A stretch of DNA of 64,000 nucleotides. Source: Candidatus Omnitrophota bacterium. Its GTDB lineage: Bacteria > Omnitrophota > Omnitrophia > Omnitrophales > JACROU01. Positions 10,289-20,814 of the stretch are shown in pieces. Position 1 is the first letter of the stretch. The number at the start of each line of letters is the position of its first letter. Position numbers and translations under genes: made by a program. The notes beneath the pieces were generated by a model. That model made no database searches. It saw nothing but the letters and a program-made list of their open reading frames with translations, and had not been told where the DNA came from. The stretch covers positions 91,516-155,515 of the forward strand of contig JAJDCD010000005.1 in NCBI GenBank assembly GCA_029261035.1, in the 5' to 3' direction.

Positions 10289-12304
10289 ATGAATGTACTT
10301 CAGGAGTTTTTAGAATTAGTTCCGGTAGAGAATTTTGAAGCTCAATATTCTAAGGATATTACGGAGTCTTCCTTCTTTGAATATCCTCTCAAGCCTATTG
10401 TAGAGGCTGAGAAAAGGTTGATAGATTCGTCTCAGACTTCTATAGGTTATTTTTCTATGGAATATGGCCTAGCACCGAGTATCTATCACACTCTGAATAG
10501 ACAAGAACCTCTATCTTCCAGTAATAAATTCACACAGCATGGTGTCTTTTCAAATTTAAGGTCTATGGATACGTATTTTACGATTCGTATCGATAAGCGT
10601 CTGGATCTTCCTATTTATAGCGGAGGTTTGGGTGTCTTGGCTGGAGATACCTTGAAGAGTACTGCGGACCTTAACATACCAATGGCAGCAGTAGGTATTT
10701 TGTGGAATAAAGGCTATTTTAAGCAAAACTTTTGGTTCAGGGATGGGCAACGGCCTCAAGAGATGCAATGGGACCCACAGACGTACCCAGGGCTAATTCC
10801 ATTGAAAAACCGAATTGTAATAAAGTTTAAAAATGAAACCATCTTGTTGCGTCCCTGGAAGTATTATATCTATAGCTTTGATCGTAGTTTTGTAGTTCCT
10901 CTCATTCTTTTAGATTCAAACCTGCCAGACAATTCTGATTTTGGAAAAAAATTAACGGATCAGTTGTATCGGAGTGATGATGAAACTTGGAGACTGTTTC
11001 AGCGATTAATTCTAGGAAAAGGAGGGATTGGAATCTTTGAGGAAATGCAGTATCAACTGGATCTGTTTCATCTGAACGAAGGACATGCAGCTTTTTCATT
11101 TATAGAAAGTTCTAAAGGGCATTCAGTTGAAAAAATAAAAGAGATATTTTCTAAATTTGCTTACACCTGCCATACTCCTGTTGCGGCAGGTCATGACCGT
11201 TTTCATGAGAGTGTTCTTGCGCCAGTTTTAGACGAGGAGGATTATAAACTCCTTTTCTCTTATGGGAAAGATCCAGAGTATGAAGGGGTTGCCAACCTAA
11301 CGACTTTTTCTTTGAATGCTGCGGAGAAGGTGAATGCGGTTTCTCATAAGCATGAAGAAGTCATGCATATGCAGTTTCCTAACTACTCTAAAAAAATAAC
11401 TTCAATTACAAATGGGATCCACACCTACACTTGGTTGAGTGAGGCTTTTTCACGCTTGTTTGATCAATATGAAGACCGGATAGGTCCTTGGAAACAAGAC
11501 CCTACCTGTTTGAAGAATGTGCTCAATTTAAAATCAGATCCTGCATTTAGAAAAGCTTTGTGGGATGCTCATCAAGAAAATAAAAAACATTTAACTTCTT
11601 TATTGGAAGTTTGGAAAGTAGATCCTAATATTTTAACTATTTCCTGGGCTAGACGCATCGCTGCTTATAAAAGACCTAGTTTGATTTTACAAGATGTTGA
11701 TCGTTTGATGGAGATTGGAGCTAAATACGGGGGCATTCAAATTATCTTAGCAGGGAAGGCCCACCCTATGGATAATTTGGCCGAAACACATATCGATGAA
11801 ATGCTTACGGCCATTGACTCTTTGGATAATAATAGAAAAAATGTTCGTGTTGTTATGTTTGAGAACTATGATACTTATTTCGGAAAGCTATTGTCTTCGA
11901 GTGTCGACGTTTGGTTGAATAATCCGTTGCCTCCATTTGAAGCTTCAGGTACGAGTGGAATGAAAGCAATTTTAAATGGGGTTGTTCAGATGACTACGGT
12001 GGATGGTTGGGTCTGTGAAGTGACTCAAAATCCTATCGGTTGGTTTTTTGGTTACGAACATAAAGGAGGCGATATCGGAAGCGAATCCGAATTGCGTTTA
12101 AATGAAGATTCAGTAAAGTTGTATGAAACAATAGAAAAAGCAGCAGATCTTTATTGCAAAACAAATGTTAAGGGCGAGCTTCAGATAGAATCCACTTGGA
12201 TTGATATGATGATCGAGTGCATCGCTGTTTCTGCTCACTTTAATACACATCGAATGGTTAAAGAGTACCAAGAGAAAATTTGGAAAGAAATGTTGAGCAA
12301 ATAA
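10289..12304 (+). CDS. glgP: Alpha-glucan (glycogen) phosphorylase
   Basis: YFSMEYG, YSGGLGVLAGD, HLNEGH, ARRIAAYKR, AGKAHP and the PLP site EASGTSGMK. Confidence 0.93.
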   Translation: MNVLQEFLELVPVENFEAQYSKDITESSFFEYPLKPIVEAEKRLIDSSQTSIGYFSMEYGLAPSIYHTLNRQEPLSSSNKFTQHGVFSNLRSMDTYFTIRIDKRLDLPIYSGGLGVLAGDTLKSTADLNIPMAAVGILWNKGYFKQNFWFRDGQRPQEMQWDPQTYPGLIPLKNRIVIKFKNETILLRPWKYYIYSFDRSFVVPLILLDSNLPDNSDFGKKLTDQLYRSDDETWRLFQRLILGKGGIGIFEEMQYQLDLFHLNEGHAAFSFIESSKGHSVEKIKEIFSKFAYTCHTPVAAGHDRFHESVLAPVLDEEDYKLLFSYGKDPEYEGVANLTTFSLNAAEKVNAVSHKHEEVMHMQFPNYSKKITSITNGIHTYTWLSEAFSRLFDQYEDRIGPWKQDPTCLKNVLNLKSDPAFRKALWDAHQENKKHLTSLLEVWKVDPNILTISWARRIAAYKRPSLILQDVDRLMEIGAKYGGIQIILAGKAHPMDNLAETHIDEMLTAIDSLDNNRKNVRVVMFENYDTYFGKLLSSSVDVWLNNPLPPFEASGTSGMKAILNGVVQMTTVDGWVCEVTQNPIGWFFGYEHKGGDIGSESELRLNEDSVKLYETIEKAADLYCKTNVKGELQIESTWIDMMIECIAVSAHFNTHRMVKEYQEKIWKEMLSK

Positions 12305-12311
12305 TTATTTG

Positions 12312-13115
12312 TTAGACGTGGTTAAAAAAGTTTAAAGCGTTTTGAGTAACCCCTTCAGGGTAACCATCGTAATTGCTGTTATGTGTTCCTTCTTCAATTT
12401 CAAAAATTTCTTTTTTTTGTACTGTCAGTTCAAATAGCTTTTTACCCATCCATATGGGGCAAGTTGCATCTTTGCTTCCGTGAATAAAGAAGATTGGATT
12501 TTTGGATTGAGATACAAGGGAAGTGTTCTGAAACCTAAAAGCCTGGTAAATAAATTCAGGCACAGAAAAGTAATGAATTTTGACCAAATCTTTTAATTCT
12601 GTAAAAGAACCTTCAAGAATGACTCCTTTTACGGATTCCTTTGATGATAGTTCTAATGCAGGGTAAGAACCAATGGATTCCCCATAAATCAATATTTGAT
12701 TTCGATTAAGCCCTGTTTCTTCTAAATAGTTTAGTCCTGCTTTGGCATCTTCAACGAGATCTTTCCCTTCTTTGATTTTGCCTTGGCTTTTTCCGAACCC
12801 TCGGTAATCTACTAGAAGTAGAGATACACCGGCATCAACCCAACCTTTTGCCTTGTCTAAGCGATCTGAGATATTACCCGCATTTCCATGAAGGTAAAGG
12901 AGGGTGTATTTAGAATTGGGTGCCTGAATGTGCCAAGAGGAAAGGAGCGTACTATCAGAGCTCTTAAGGGTCACATCCTTAAATGTTAAACCATACTCCG
13001 TAGGAGTGGTTGGTAAATTTGAAGAAGGGTAAAAGAGAAGTTGTGTGATCATAAAGTATGCCGTAACTAGAAAAGTGAAATAACGTGTTAATGGATTAGC
13101 TAAAATAAAAAACAT
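12312..13115 (-). CDS. Alpha/beta hydrolase (ABHD13/YfhR-like)
   Basis: LHGNAGN, DYRGFGKS, GESIG nucleophile elbow, HGSKD and GTHN. Confidence 0.9.
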   Translation of the reverse strand: MFFILANPLTRYFTFLVTAYFMITQLLFYPSSNLPTTPTEYGLTFKDVTLKSSDSTLLSSWHIQAPNSKYTLLYLHGNAGNISDRLDKAKGWVDAGVSLLLVDYRGFGKSQGKIKEGKDLVEDAKAGLNYLEETGLNRNQILIYGESIGSYPALELSSKESVKGVILEGSFTELKDLVKIHYFSVPEFIYQAFRFQNTSLVSQSKNPIFFIHGSKDATCPIWMGKKLFELTVQKKEIFEIEEGTHNSNYDGYPEGVTQNALNFFNHV

Positions 13116-13277
13116 ATTTCATTTTATAATTAATTTGAATAAGAGTAAAATAGAATAAACTAGCGCAGAGCGTTTAGCGGGGAGCGTATAGAGTCCCTTG
13201 GCCAAGAAACATTTTTGCAAAAGAATCCTATTCGCTAAACGCTCTATGCTGTCCTCTAATAAGCAAAGGATGTCTAT

Positions 13278-14312
13278 ATGCCTAATTCTCCAAAATATCA
13301 GTACTGGATTGATGATTTTAATCGTTTGGTAATACAAAAAAAGTCTAAATCAGGGCGTTTGTTGGGGAAGTCAGAAGTGCTGAACGGACGTTTTGAGCTT
13401 ACTCAAGAAAAGTATCTTCGTTTTAAACTTAAGACCCCTAGTGCCATTCTTCAAGATGTTCTTGTCCGATCCAATCAAACAACCCTCAATTTAAAAGGAA
13501 ATTGGTCGCTCACATCAAGTCATAAGCTCAAATATAAGTTGCACCGATCTTTAGGAGAGCTTTTGTTCTCAACAGAATTAATTCAATATAACAAAAATAA
13601 ATTTGTTTTTTCTGTGACTACGAAGGATAACCCAAAAACATTTTCCACCCGGTTATTTCAATTTGATGGGTTTTGGCAAGTAGACAAGAATAATAGAATT
13701 GTTTTTACTACGATACATAGAAAATCAAAGAGAGACCGATTTCTTTTTCAAGGGTTATGGGAATTAAATCGAAATCATCAAATTATTTATCGTTACTCTT
13801 TGGAACAGCTTAAAGCAAGAAAGAAGAAAGAGCAAACGCTTATTCTTAAAGGGAGTTGGCGATTTGTAAAAAAAGGTTTTCTGGATTATTCATTGAAAGG
13901 AGATGCTCAATCTCGATTTCGATTTCGAGCCCAGTTTACATCTCATAGCCATATTCGTAAGGATCGTTCTAAACTTGTATTTAAAGTAGGAGTGTTAGTT
14001 TTAGGAAGAAAAAAGAGAGCTTTGAAAACGATTGAGCTTTTTGGCCGAGTTGTATTTTACCAAAAGCTGACTTTAGGTTTTGAGATTGAATATGAAAGAG
14101 GTGTTTGGGAAGAGAGTAAATTTCACGTACTCTATAAGCCAAAGAAGGGAAGCGAAGTGAAGCTCGAGTTATTAAATGGGAGAGGGAAAAGTTTGGGGAT
14201 TCAGATGGTTTTTTCACAACAACTATTGCAAGAGCGCGGAGATTTTTTTGTACAAGCAAAGAAACAGGGGAAAGAACAATCTGTTTTTACAGGAGTTCGA
14301 ATTCCTTGGTGA
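13278..14312 (+). CDS. Hypothetical basic beta-rich protein with internal repeats
   Basis: 344-aa ORF with RBS-like aagga and repeated xxGxW beta motifs. Confidence 0.7.
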   Translation: MPNSPKYQYWIDDFNRLVIQKKSKSGRLLGKSEVLNGRFELTQEKYLRFKLKTPSAILQDVLVRSNQTTLNLKGNWSLTSSHKLKYKLHRSLGELLFSTELIQYNKNKFVFSVTTKDNPKTFSTRLFQFDGFWQVDKNNRIVFTTIHRKSKRDRFLFQGLWELNRNHQIIYRYSLEQLKARKKKEQTLILKGSWRFVKKGFLDYSLKGDAQSRFRFRAQFTSHSHIRKDRSKLVFKVGVLVLGRKKRALKTIELFGRVVFYQKLTLGFEIEYERGVWEESKFHVLYKPKKGSEVKLELLNGRGKSLGIQMVFSQQLLQERGDFFVQAKKQGKEQSVFTGVRIPW

Positions 14313-14396
14313 AGACAGAAGTCAGAGGTCGGAAGTTAGAAAAAATGAAAGCTTTTCTGTCATCTGACTTCAGTAGAAAACAACAAAGGAGAATTT

Positions 14397-14738
14397 ATGG
14401 ATTGGAATCAAAAAAAGTGTAAGCCTTGTGAAGGAGGGGTTGAGCCTATTTCGATTGAGGACGCTAAGAACCATGTGTCTGATTTGGACCAGTGGACACT
14501 TTCGGGAAATGGAAGTTCGATATCAAAGCAATTTTTAATGAAAAATTTTATATCTGCGATCGAATTGATAAATAGAATTGCCGCTGTCAGTGAGTTAGAA
14601 AACCATCATCCAGATATCCACTTAACTGGGTATAGAAACTTACAAATTGATTTATCCACGCATGCCATCAGTGGATTGAGTGAAAATGACTTTATTTTGG
14701 CCTCAAAAATTGACCATATGCCTAAGGAGCTTAAATAG
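14397..14738 (+). CDS. Pterin-4-alpha-carbinolamine dehydratase
   Basis: CKPCEGG, ENHHPDIH and THAISGLSENDFILA; RBS aggag. Confidence 0.92.
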   Translation: MDWNQKKCKPCEGGVEPISIEDAKNHVSDLDQWTLSGNGSSISKQFLMKNFISAIELINRIAAVSELENHHPDIHLTGYRNLQIDLSTHAISGLSENDFILASKIDHMPKELK

Positions 14739-14899
14739 ATACTTGTAAGTGTCTATGATAGAATAAGTTAAGATTAAATTAATCTATCTCTAGTGTTTGG
14801 AGATGTTAATTGTATATTAGAGTTGTAATTAGGGTATTCACGTGGTAATGTTGATGCTTAACTTCGCTTCTTAAGAGGCGATTTGAGAGGAGATTTATT

Positions 14900-15805
14900 T
14901 TGTCTACAGCAGTTTCAGAACCGAAGAAAACAGTTAAAAATGACAGGGTTACGAGTATATCAGACTTGTTTCCAGCTAAGACGGAAAAGGAAATAAAACA
15001 ACAGAAAATGGGCGCATGGGTTCGCGCTATTTGGATGATTTCAGCACATTTAGGTTGTATTGCTGGCTTCTTTTTCTTTTCGTGGAAAGCGGTTTTTGTA
15101 GGAGTTTTTATCTATTGGATTACAGGTGGTTTGGGTATTTGCTTAGGATTTCATCGTTTATTAACACATCGTAGTTTCCAGTGTCCTAAGTGGTTTGAGT
15201 ATTTCTTGACCGTGTGCGGCATTTTAGCTCTTCAGGGAAGTCAGGTTTATTGGGTCGCATCTCATAGAGCACATCATCTTTATTCAGATCAAGAGGGAGA
15301 TCCTCATAGTCCGCGTAAGGGTTTTTGGTGGTCTCATTGCATGTGGCTTTTTGATACTAAATGGCTTTCAACCGATGATTTATCTGCACGATTTGCCGGA
15401 GATTTATTAAAAGATCCAGGCCAACGTTTTATTGAGAAATTCCAATTGGTTCCTATTGTTTTATTAGGCATGGGATTGATTGCTCTTGGCTGGGAATACT
15501 TTGTTTGGGGTTTTGTAATTCGAATGGTTGTTTGTTATCACGGAACTTGGTTTGTGAACTCAGCTTCTCATATATGGGGTTATCAAAACTATGATTCTGG
15601 AGATGACTCAAAGAACTTGTGGTGGGTTGCGTTACTTAGTTTTGGTGAAGGGTGGCATAACAATCATCATGCTTTTCAATCTTCTGCGCGTCATGGGTTA
15701 AGATGGTGGGAAGTAGATACGACATTTATCACGATTAAGTTTTTGAGCTTGTTGGGGCTTGCTAAGAATGTGCAGGTTCCTAAGGAAGTTGGAGCTACTT
15801 CGTAA
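14900..15805 (+). CDS. Delta-9 acyl-lipid/acyl-CoA desaturase
   Basis: His boxes HRLLTH, HRAHH and HNNHH; DPHSP; TTG start after gaggag. Confidence 0.93.
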   Translation: MSTAVSEPKKTVKNDRVTSISDLFPAKTEKEIKQQKMGAWVRAIWMISAHLGCIAGFFFFSWKAVFVGVFIYWITGGLGICLGFHRLLTHRSFQCPKWFEYFLTVCGILALQGSQVYWVASHRAHHLYSDQEGDPHSPRKGFWWSHCMWLFDTKWLSTDDLSARFAGDLLKDPGQRFIEKFQLVPIVLLGMGLIALGWEYFVWGFVIRMVVCYHGTWFVNSASHIWGYQNYDSGDDSKNLWWVALLSFGEGWHNNHHAFQSSARHGLRWWEVDTTFITIKFLSLLGLAKNVQVPKEVGATS

Positions 15806-15892
15806 TTCTTTTGTTTTAGTCTGCCTATCTTCCTGGTGGGTGGACTAAGGCTTTTTTCTATTTTTTCTATTAAAATTTTGTTTGGGTTTTGA

Positions 15893-16170
15893 AGTTGGGT
15901 TGGAGAGCCTGGGAAATTTCTCGGCGCTCAGACATGCTCGGACTTTGTCCTGCGCAACTCGCGGCGAGAAATTTCCCAGGCTCTCATCAGTGATAAGTCT
16001 TTGGTTGGGTTGAGGGGGTTGAAACAAGATGGGCATCGAGCCCCTATTGTTTCTAGGGTTTAATGTGTTTCGTTATTGGGTAAATAACGAAACGCTTATT
16101 TGTTGTTAGTGATTTTAAGAGGTGATTGGGATAAAGGCGTATGGGCAATGATGGGTTGGTTTAGGATTTA
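15893..16170. repeat. ~280-bp structured intergenic repeat, copy 2
   Basis: Same orientation as 4981-5260; hairpin gagagcctgggaaatttctcg/cgagaaatttcccaggctctc. Confidence 0.9.
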
Positions 16171-16237
16171 GGATCCGCTATAAGGCTGCGGATTCGCGTC
16201 GGGCGTCGAGGTTAAAAGCTAATAACTAATAGCCAGC

Positions 16238-17311
16238 TTACTTTGGGATGCTTAGGTATTCTTCTTGGTAGATTTTGATTAGGGCGAAGAAGAGGGCTAG
16301 GAGGACGGGGCCTAAGAAGATTCCGGTTAAGCCGTATAGGCGTAAGCCGCCTAAGATTCCTAAGAAAAGTAAGAGGATAGGCAGTTTTGTTTTTTCTCCT
16401 ATCAAGTAAGGCTTTAGGAAGTTGTCTAACAAGCTGATGAAGAGAGTTCCTAGCACTAAAAGGATCACTGCTTTGGTGTAGGCACCTATAAAAAAGTAAT
16501 AAATAACAAACGGAACCCATATAGCAGCGGCACCCGTAACAGGAATCATAGAAGATAAAAAGGTTAAGAAACCTAAGAATACAGGGATTGGAAGTCCGAG
16601 TAACCAATAAATCAAACAACCAAAACTTCCTTGAATAACAGCGGTAAAGACTTGTCCTCGAACAACAGCAGAAAGTGTTTCGTTTAGTTTTAAAAACAAA
16701 CCGTCTTTATTTTTGTCTTCCATAGGGATGAATTTTTTAATGGAATTTGCAAGTCTTTCTCCATTAAGAAAAAAGTAGAATACGAAGAAAATGACTAAGA
16801 TTGTGTTCACGCCAATGATTAAAATATTCTTCGTGGTTTGAGCTAAAAAGTTGGTGGCGTAATTTCCGATAAATTTGGAAACATTTAACATGTAAGTGGT
16901 GATGTTTTCTTGAAATTGATCGATGTTAAAAAATCGACTTTCAGTTAGGTTGAACCAATGGTAAGTCTTAATGCTTTCAATGATCTCACGAACTTTATCA
17001 ACGGTAACTGTGGTGCTAACCCAGTCGTACATTTTAATCCCTTGAACAGCAACAGTGCTGACAACGAGTCCTGCAAGAGGAAGGGTGACGCATAGTACAA
17101 TTAAGGTTGTTATAAGAGCAGACAGAGTTTCTTTTCCCCTAGTCAGACGTTTGATCAAGTTGTGTAAGGGGAGGAACGCAAATGTTAAAATTGCGGCCCA
17201 AAACATTGCGGAGAAAAAGGGTGAGAAAATCAGGCCTAATTGATATAAAACAAATATCAATAAGACGAAAAAGAAAATAGATATAATTTGTTGTCTGTTG
17301 AGTAGGCTCAT
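16238..17311 (-). CDS. AI-2E family transporter
   Basis: Multi-TM protein with VRGQVFTAVIQG, IPVTG, DNFLKP and GLTGIFLGP. Confidence 0.9.
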   Translation of the reverse strand: MSLLNRQQIISIFFFVLLIFVLYQLGLIFSPFFSAMFWAAILTFAFLPLHNLIKRLTRGKETLSALITTLIVLCVTLPLAGLVVSTVAVQGIKMYDWVSTTVTVDKVREIIESIKTYHWFNLTESRFFNIDQFQENITTYMLNVSKFIGNYATNFLAQTTKNILIIGVNTILVIFFVFYFFLNGERLANSIKKFIPMEDKNKDGLFLKLNETLSAVVRGQVFTAVIQGSFGCLIYWLLGLPIPVFLGFLTFLSSMIPVTGAAAIWVPFVIYYFFIGAYTKAVILLVLGTLFISLLDNFLKPYLIGEKTKLPILLLFLGILGGLRLYGLTGIFLGPVLLALFFALIKIYQEEYLSIPK

Positions 17312-17378
17312 AATTTGTTTTATCTTCTGTTATTTGAATGTTTTACTTATAATAGCGTCGAATTTAATGGAGGCCAAT

Positions 17379-18179
17379 ATGCTTAATATTCGAGATTTTT
17401 TGACTAGATCTTTAGGTTTATTATTAATAGGGGCATTTTTTATGCCTATTTCAGTGGGGGTAGCAGGTCCAGAATCTAAGGATCATCCTTTTAATTTTGA
17501 TGTTCCCACTCAATTTAATGGGGATATGATTGCTCTTATGGCAGGAAAAAAACTGTCTTTTGTTGCTTATGAAGCAAATCCTAAAGAGGATACAGGGAAA
17601 GCTATCTTGTTGATTCATGAATGGTGGGGCCTTAATGAGCATATTAAGTCTGTTGCCGATCAGCTTGCTGGTTTAGGTTATCATGCGTTGGCTATTGATC
17701 TTTATAACGAACAAGTGGCTTATGACCCTGCTGATGCGGATCAATATAGAAAGCAAGTTAAAGAGAGGGAAGCGAATAAAAAAATTACCGCAGCTCTCAG
17801 GTATTTATCTCTTACTTCTGACAAAGTAGCAACTATGGGCTGGTGTTTTGGGGGAGGCTGGTCTTTGAATGCGAGCTTAAATAATCCTAGCTTGGTAGAT
17901 GCGACTATTATTTACTATGGAGCTTTGGTTACCGAGCCGGTTAAACTAAAGGCACTTAAATCACCTGTTCTTGGAATTTTTGCAAAAAAAGATGCTTGGA
18001 TTACTCCTGCTTGGGTGATGTCCTTCGAAACGGCTTTAAATGCCGCTGGGGTAGAGAACCAAATTTATTCTTACGATGCGGATCATGCTTTTGCAAACCC
18101 CAGCAATGATAGATATGATGAAGAAGCATATATTGATGCTTGGGATAAAACATTAACCTTTCTTAGAAAGTATTTGTAA
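17379..18179 (+). CDS. Dienelactone hydrolase family protein (probably exported)
   Basis: IHEWWGLN, GWCFGGG and DHAFANPS. The start is placed at ATG 17379 after ggagg rather than at 17298. Confidence 0.88.
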   Translation: MLNIRDFLTRSLGLLLIGAFFMPISVGVAGPESKDHPFNFDVPTQFNGDMIALMAGKKLSFVAYEANPKEDTGKAILLIHEWWGLNEHIKSVADQLAGLGYHALAIDLYNEQVAYDPADADQYRKQVKEREANKKITAALRYLSLTSDKVATMGWCFGGGWSLNASLNNPSLVDATIIYYGALVTEPVKLKALKSPVLGIFAKKDAWITPAWVMSFETALNAAGVENQIYSYDADHAFANPSNDRYDEEAYIDAWDKTLTFLRKYL

Positions 18180-18319
18180 GAGACTTTGTCAGAGCCTCTC
18201 TGAAGGATTCTCAAAGAAGGGTTAAATTCAGTGGAGCCCTTTGGCTCACGCTCTTTACAAGTCTCTCTAACTAATGATACAATTCATGTCTTCATAACCG
18301 TGTGAAAGGGAGGAAATAA

Positions 18320-19279
18320 ATGAGAATTTTTGAAAATATTATAGAAACTATTGGAAATACCCCTCTAGTTCGATTGAATAAACTTGCTGAAGGTGTGGAT
18401 GCAGAGATTTTATTGAAATTAGAGTTTTTCAATCCACTTTCTAGTGTAAAAGATCGAATTGGAAAAGCTATGATTGAGGCTGGTGAAAAGGCTGGAAAAA
18501 TAAATAAAGATACGATTATTATTGAGCCTACGAGTGGGAATACAGGTATTGCTTTAGCTTTTATCTGTGCTTCTAAAGGGTATCGTTTAATCTTGACTAT
18601 GCCTGAAACTATGTCTATGGAAAGAAGAACTCTTTTAAAACTTCTAGGAGCGGATCTCGTTTTGACTCCAGGCGCTGAAGGAATGAAGGGCGCTATCAGA
18701 AAATGTGAAGAGCTTGCAGCTCAAACACCTAATTCTTTTATACCGCAACAATTTAAAAATCTAGCAAATCCTGAAGTTCATCGTAACACAACAGCAGAAG
18801 AAATTTGGAATGACACAGATGGAAAAGTGGATATTCTTATTTCTGGTGTTGGAACTGGTGGAACGATTACAGGTGTGGGTGAAGCTATTAAGAAAAAGAA
18901 AAGTTCGTTTAAATGTATTGCTATTGAACCTGAGGATTCTCCTGTCTTATCTGGAGGGGCTCCTGGGCCACATAAGATTCAAGGGATAGGCGCTGGGTTT
19001 GTGCCTGACATTTTAGATGTGGACGTCATTGATGATATTATCAAAGTTTCGAACGATAATGCATTTCAAATGGCACGACGTCTTGCGAAAGAAGAAGGGG
19101 TGTTAGCTGGTATTTCTTCTGGAGCAGCTGTTTGGGCCGCTTTAGAAATAGCCAAAAAAGATGAGAACAAAGGAAAGGTTATTGTCGTTATTATTCCTAG
19201 TACAGGAGAGCGTTACTTAAGTACAGCTCTTGCAGACGATGCGAGGCAAGAAGCAATGAATTTGGAAGTATCAGCGTAA
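18320..19279 (+). CDS. cysK: Cysteine synthase A
   Basis: [40 protein letters not shown] and GERYLST. Confidence 0.96.
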   Translation: MRIFENIIETIGNTPLVRLNKLAEGVDAEILLKLEFFNPLSSVKDRIGKAMIEAGEKAGKINKDTIIIEPTSGNTGIALAFICASKGYRLILTMPETMSMERRTLLKLLGADLVLTPGAEGMKGAIRKCEELAAQTPNSFIPQQFKNLANPEVHRNTTAEEIWNDTDGKVDILISGVGTGGTITGVGEAIKKKKSSFKCIAIEPEDSPVLSGGAPGPHKIQGIGAGFVPDILDVDVIDDIIKVSNDNAFQMARRLAKEEGVLAGISSGAAVWAALEIAKKDENKGKVIVVIIPSTGERYLSTALADDARQEAMNLEVSA

Positions 19280-19290
19280 TTTTAGGTTTT

Positions 19291-19321
19291 ACGGGTGTTC
19301 GACTTTAAGTCCGACACCCGT
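19291..19321 (+). terminator. Hairpin after cysK, possible terminator
   Basis: acgggtgt...acacccgt inverted repeat; weak U-tract. Confidence 0.45.
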
Positions 19322-19454
19322 TAATCTATGTCTACAAACAAGGTTATTCTTTATCTTCAAATAAAACGAAAGATTCTTTGAATAATTTATTTAGAGTTCA
19401 ATCTACATATCTCACATTTAAATTTAATTTAAACAACTTAAAAGGAATCTCTTC

Positions 19455-20717
19455 ATGAGTGGGCAGATCCTAGTCGAGTTCATTATATTAGTTGTTTTAC
19501 TTTTTTTTTCTGTCTTCACCTCTCTGGCAGAGACTGCTTTAATTTCTGTAAATAGAAATAAACTCAAACAGAAAATCTCCCTGGGCTCAAAAAATGCTAA
19601 GAGAGCCATTAAAATCCTAGAGGCACCAGAAAAACTATTTGGTACAGTTTTAGTGATGAATAATATTGCTAATTTGCTAGCAGCATCTTTGGCAACAGCA
19701 ATTGCGTTTCAGTTTTTTAAAAATGACCAAGAAGCAGTTGCTATCGCAGCAATGTCTATCACAACAGTTGTTATTATTGGAGAAGTTACCGCTAAAACAA
19801 TAGCCGCTAAGCGACCTGTAGTTACTTCTCTTTTAGTTGTTTTTCCTATTCAAATTTTAATAATAGTCTGCGCGCCTTTTGTTTGGATTTTTACTCTGAT
19901 CACACGCCTTGTTTTGCGATTGTTTGGAATTCCAATTAAAGAAAATTCCTCCCTTTTAGCCGAGGAAGAAATTAAAGCTTTGATTCATATCGGTGAAGAA
20001 GAGGGTGATATTGAAATAGAAGAAGGTCAGATGTTGCGTAAGGTTTTTAATTTTGGAGACATGACGGTACGGGAAGCAATGACGCCTTTATCCGATATGG
20101 TGGCGCTTGAGGCTTCTGTAGGCTATGAGGATATGATGGAGACTGTTGTTGATGCAGGTTGTTCTCGTTTACCCATTTATGATGGAGAGAAAGATAATAT
20201 TGTTGGAGTTGTTCAAGTTAAGGACTTGCTAACTTTTTGGGAAAATCAGCAACTGATTATTTTGGAGGACGTAATGGATCCACCTTTGTTTGTTCCTTCG
20301 ATCAAAAAGATTAGTGATTTATTGCAAGAGTTTCAAGCGGGTAAATCACATATGGCGATTGTGACAAACTTGGCAGGCAAAATCGTTGGGCTGATTACTT
20401 TAGAGGATATCATCGAGGAAATCGTGGGTGAGATTGAAGATGAGTATGATGCGCGTTTTACGGATATAGAAAAAACCGGTAAAGATACCTATAAAACAAG
20501 TGGCTATTGCCTGATAGAAAAGGTAAACGAAGAGTTGAATGTAGAGCTCCCGGCAGCTGATTTTGTGATGTTGAATGGGTATATTATCTCAGAACTGGGG
20601 CATGTTCCTAAAAGCGGAGAGACAATAGATTTAGGTTCTATTCAAGTAAGGATTCAAGAGGTGGATGGGCATCGAATTATTCAGTTAGAAATTAAAAAGA
20701 AAGAGGATGCGATTTAA
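19455..20717 (+). CDS. CNNM/HlyC-CorC family protein (DUF21-CBS-CorC)
   Basis: AETALIS, TM helices, SRLPIY and GLITLEDIIEEIVGEIEDEYD. Confidence 0.92.
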   Translation: MSGQILVEFIILVVLLFFSVFTSLAETALISVNRNKLKQKISLGSKNAKRAIKILEAPEKLFGTVLVMNNIANLLAASLATAIAFQFFKNDQEAVAIAAMSITTVVIIGEVTAKTIAAKRPVVTSLLVVFPIQILIIVCAPFVWIFTLITRLVLRLFGIPIKENSSLLAEEEIKALIHIGEEEGDIEIEEGQMLRKVFNFGDMTVREAMTPLSDMVALEASVGYEDMMETVVDAGCSRLPIYDGEKDNIVGVVQVKDLLTFWENQQLIILEDVMDPPLFVPSIKKISDLLQEFQAGKSHMAIVTNLAGKIVGLITLEDIIEEIVGEIEDEYDARFTDIEKTGKDTYKTSGYCLIEKVNEELNVELPAADFVMLNGYIISELGHVPKSGETIDLGSIQVRIQEVDGHRIIQLEIKKKEDAI

Positions 20718-20814
20718 CACTGTATTCGTCTTCAGATTGTTTTATTTCGTATTTTTGCTATAATACCGGCCCTATTTAAAGTTTAGTTTAATGATGAGAA
20801 AGGAAGTTATTTTT

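Noticed and set aside
10289-12304. Functional link between glgP and the PGM/UDPGP cargo
   Set aside because: The genes are about 29 kb apart among unrelated housekeeping genes, and nothing in the sequence supports co-regulation.
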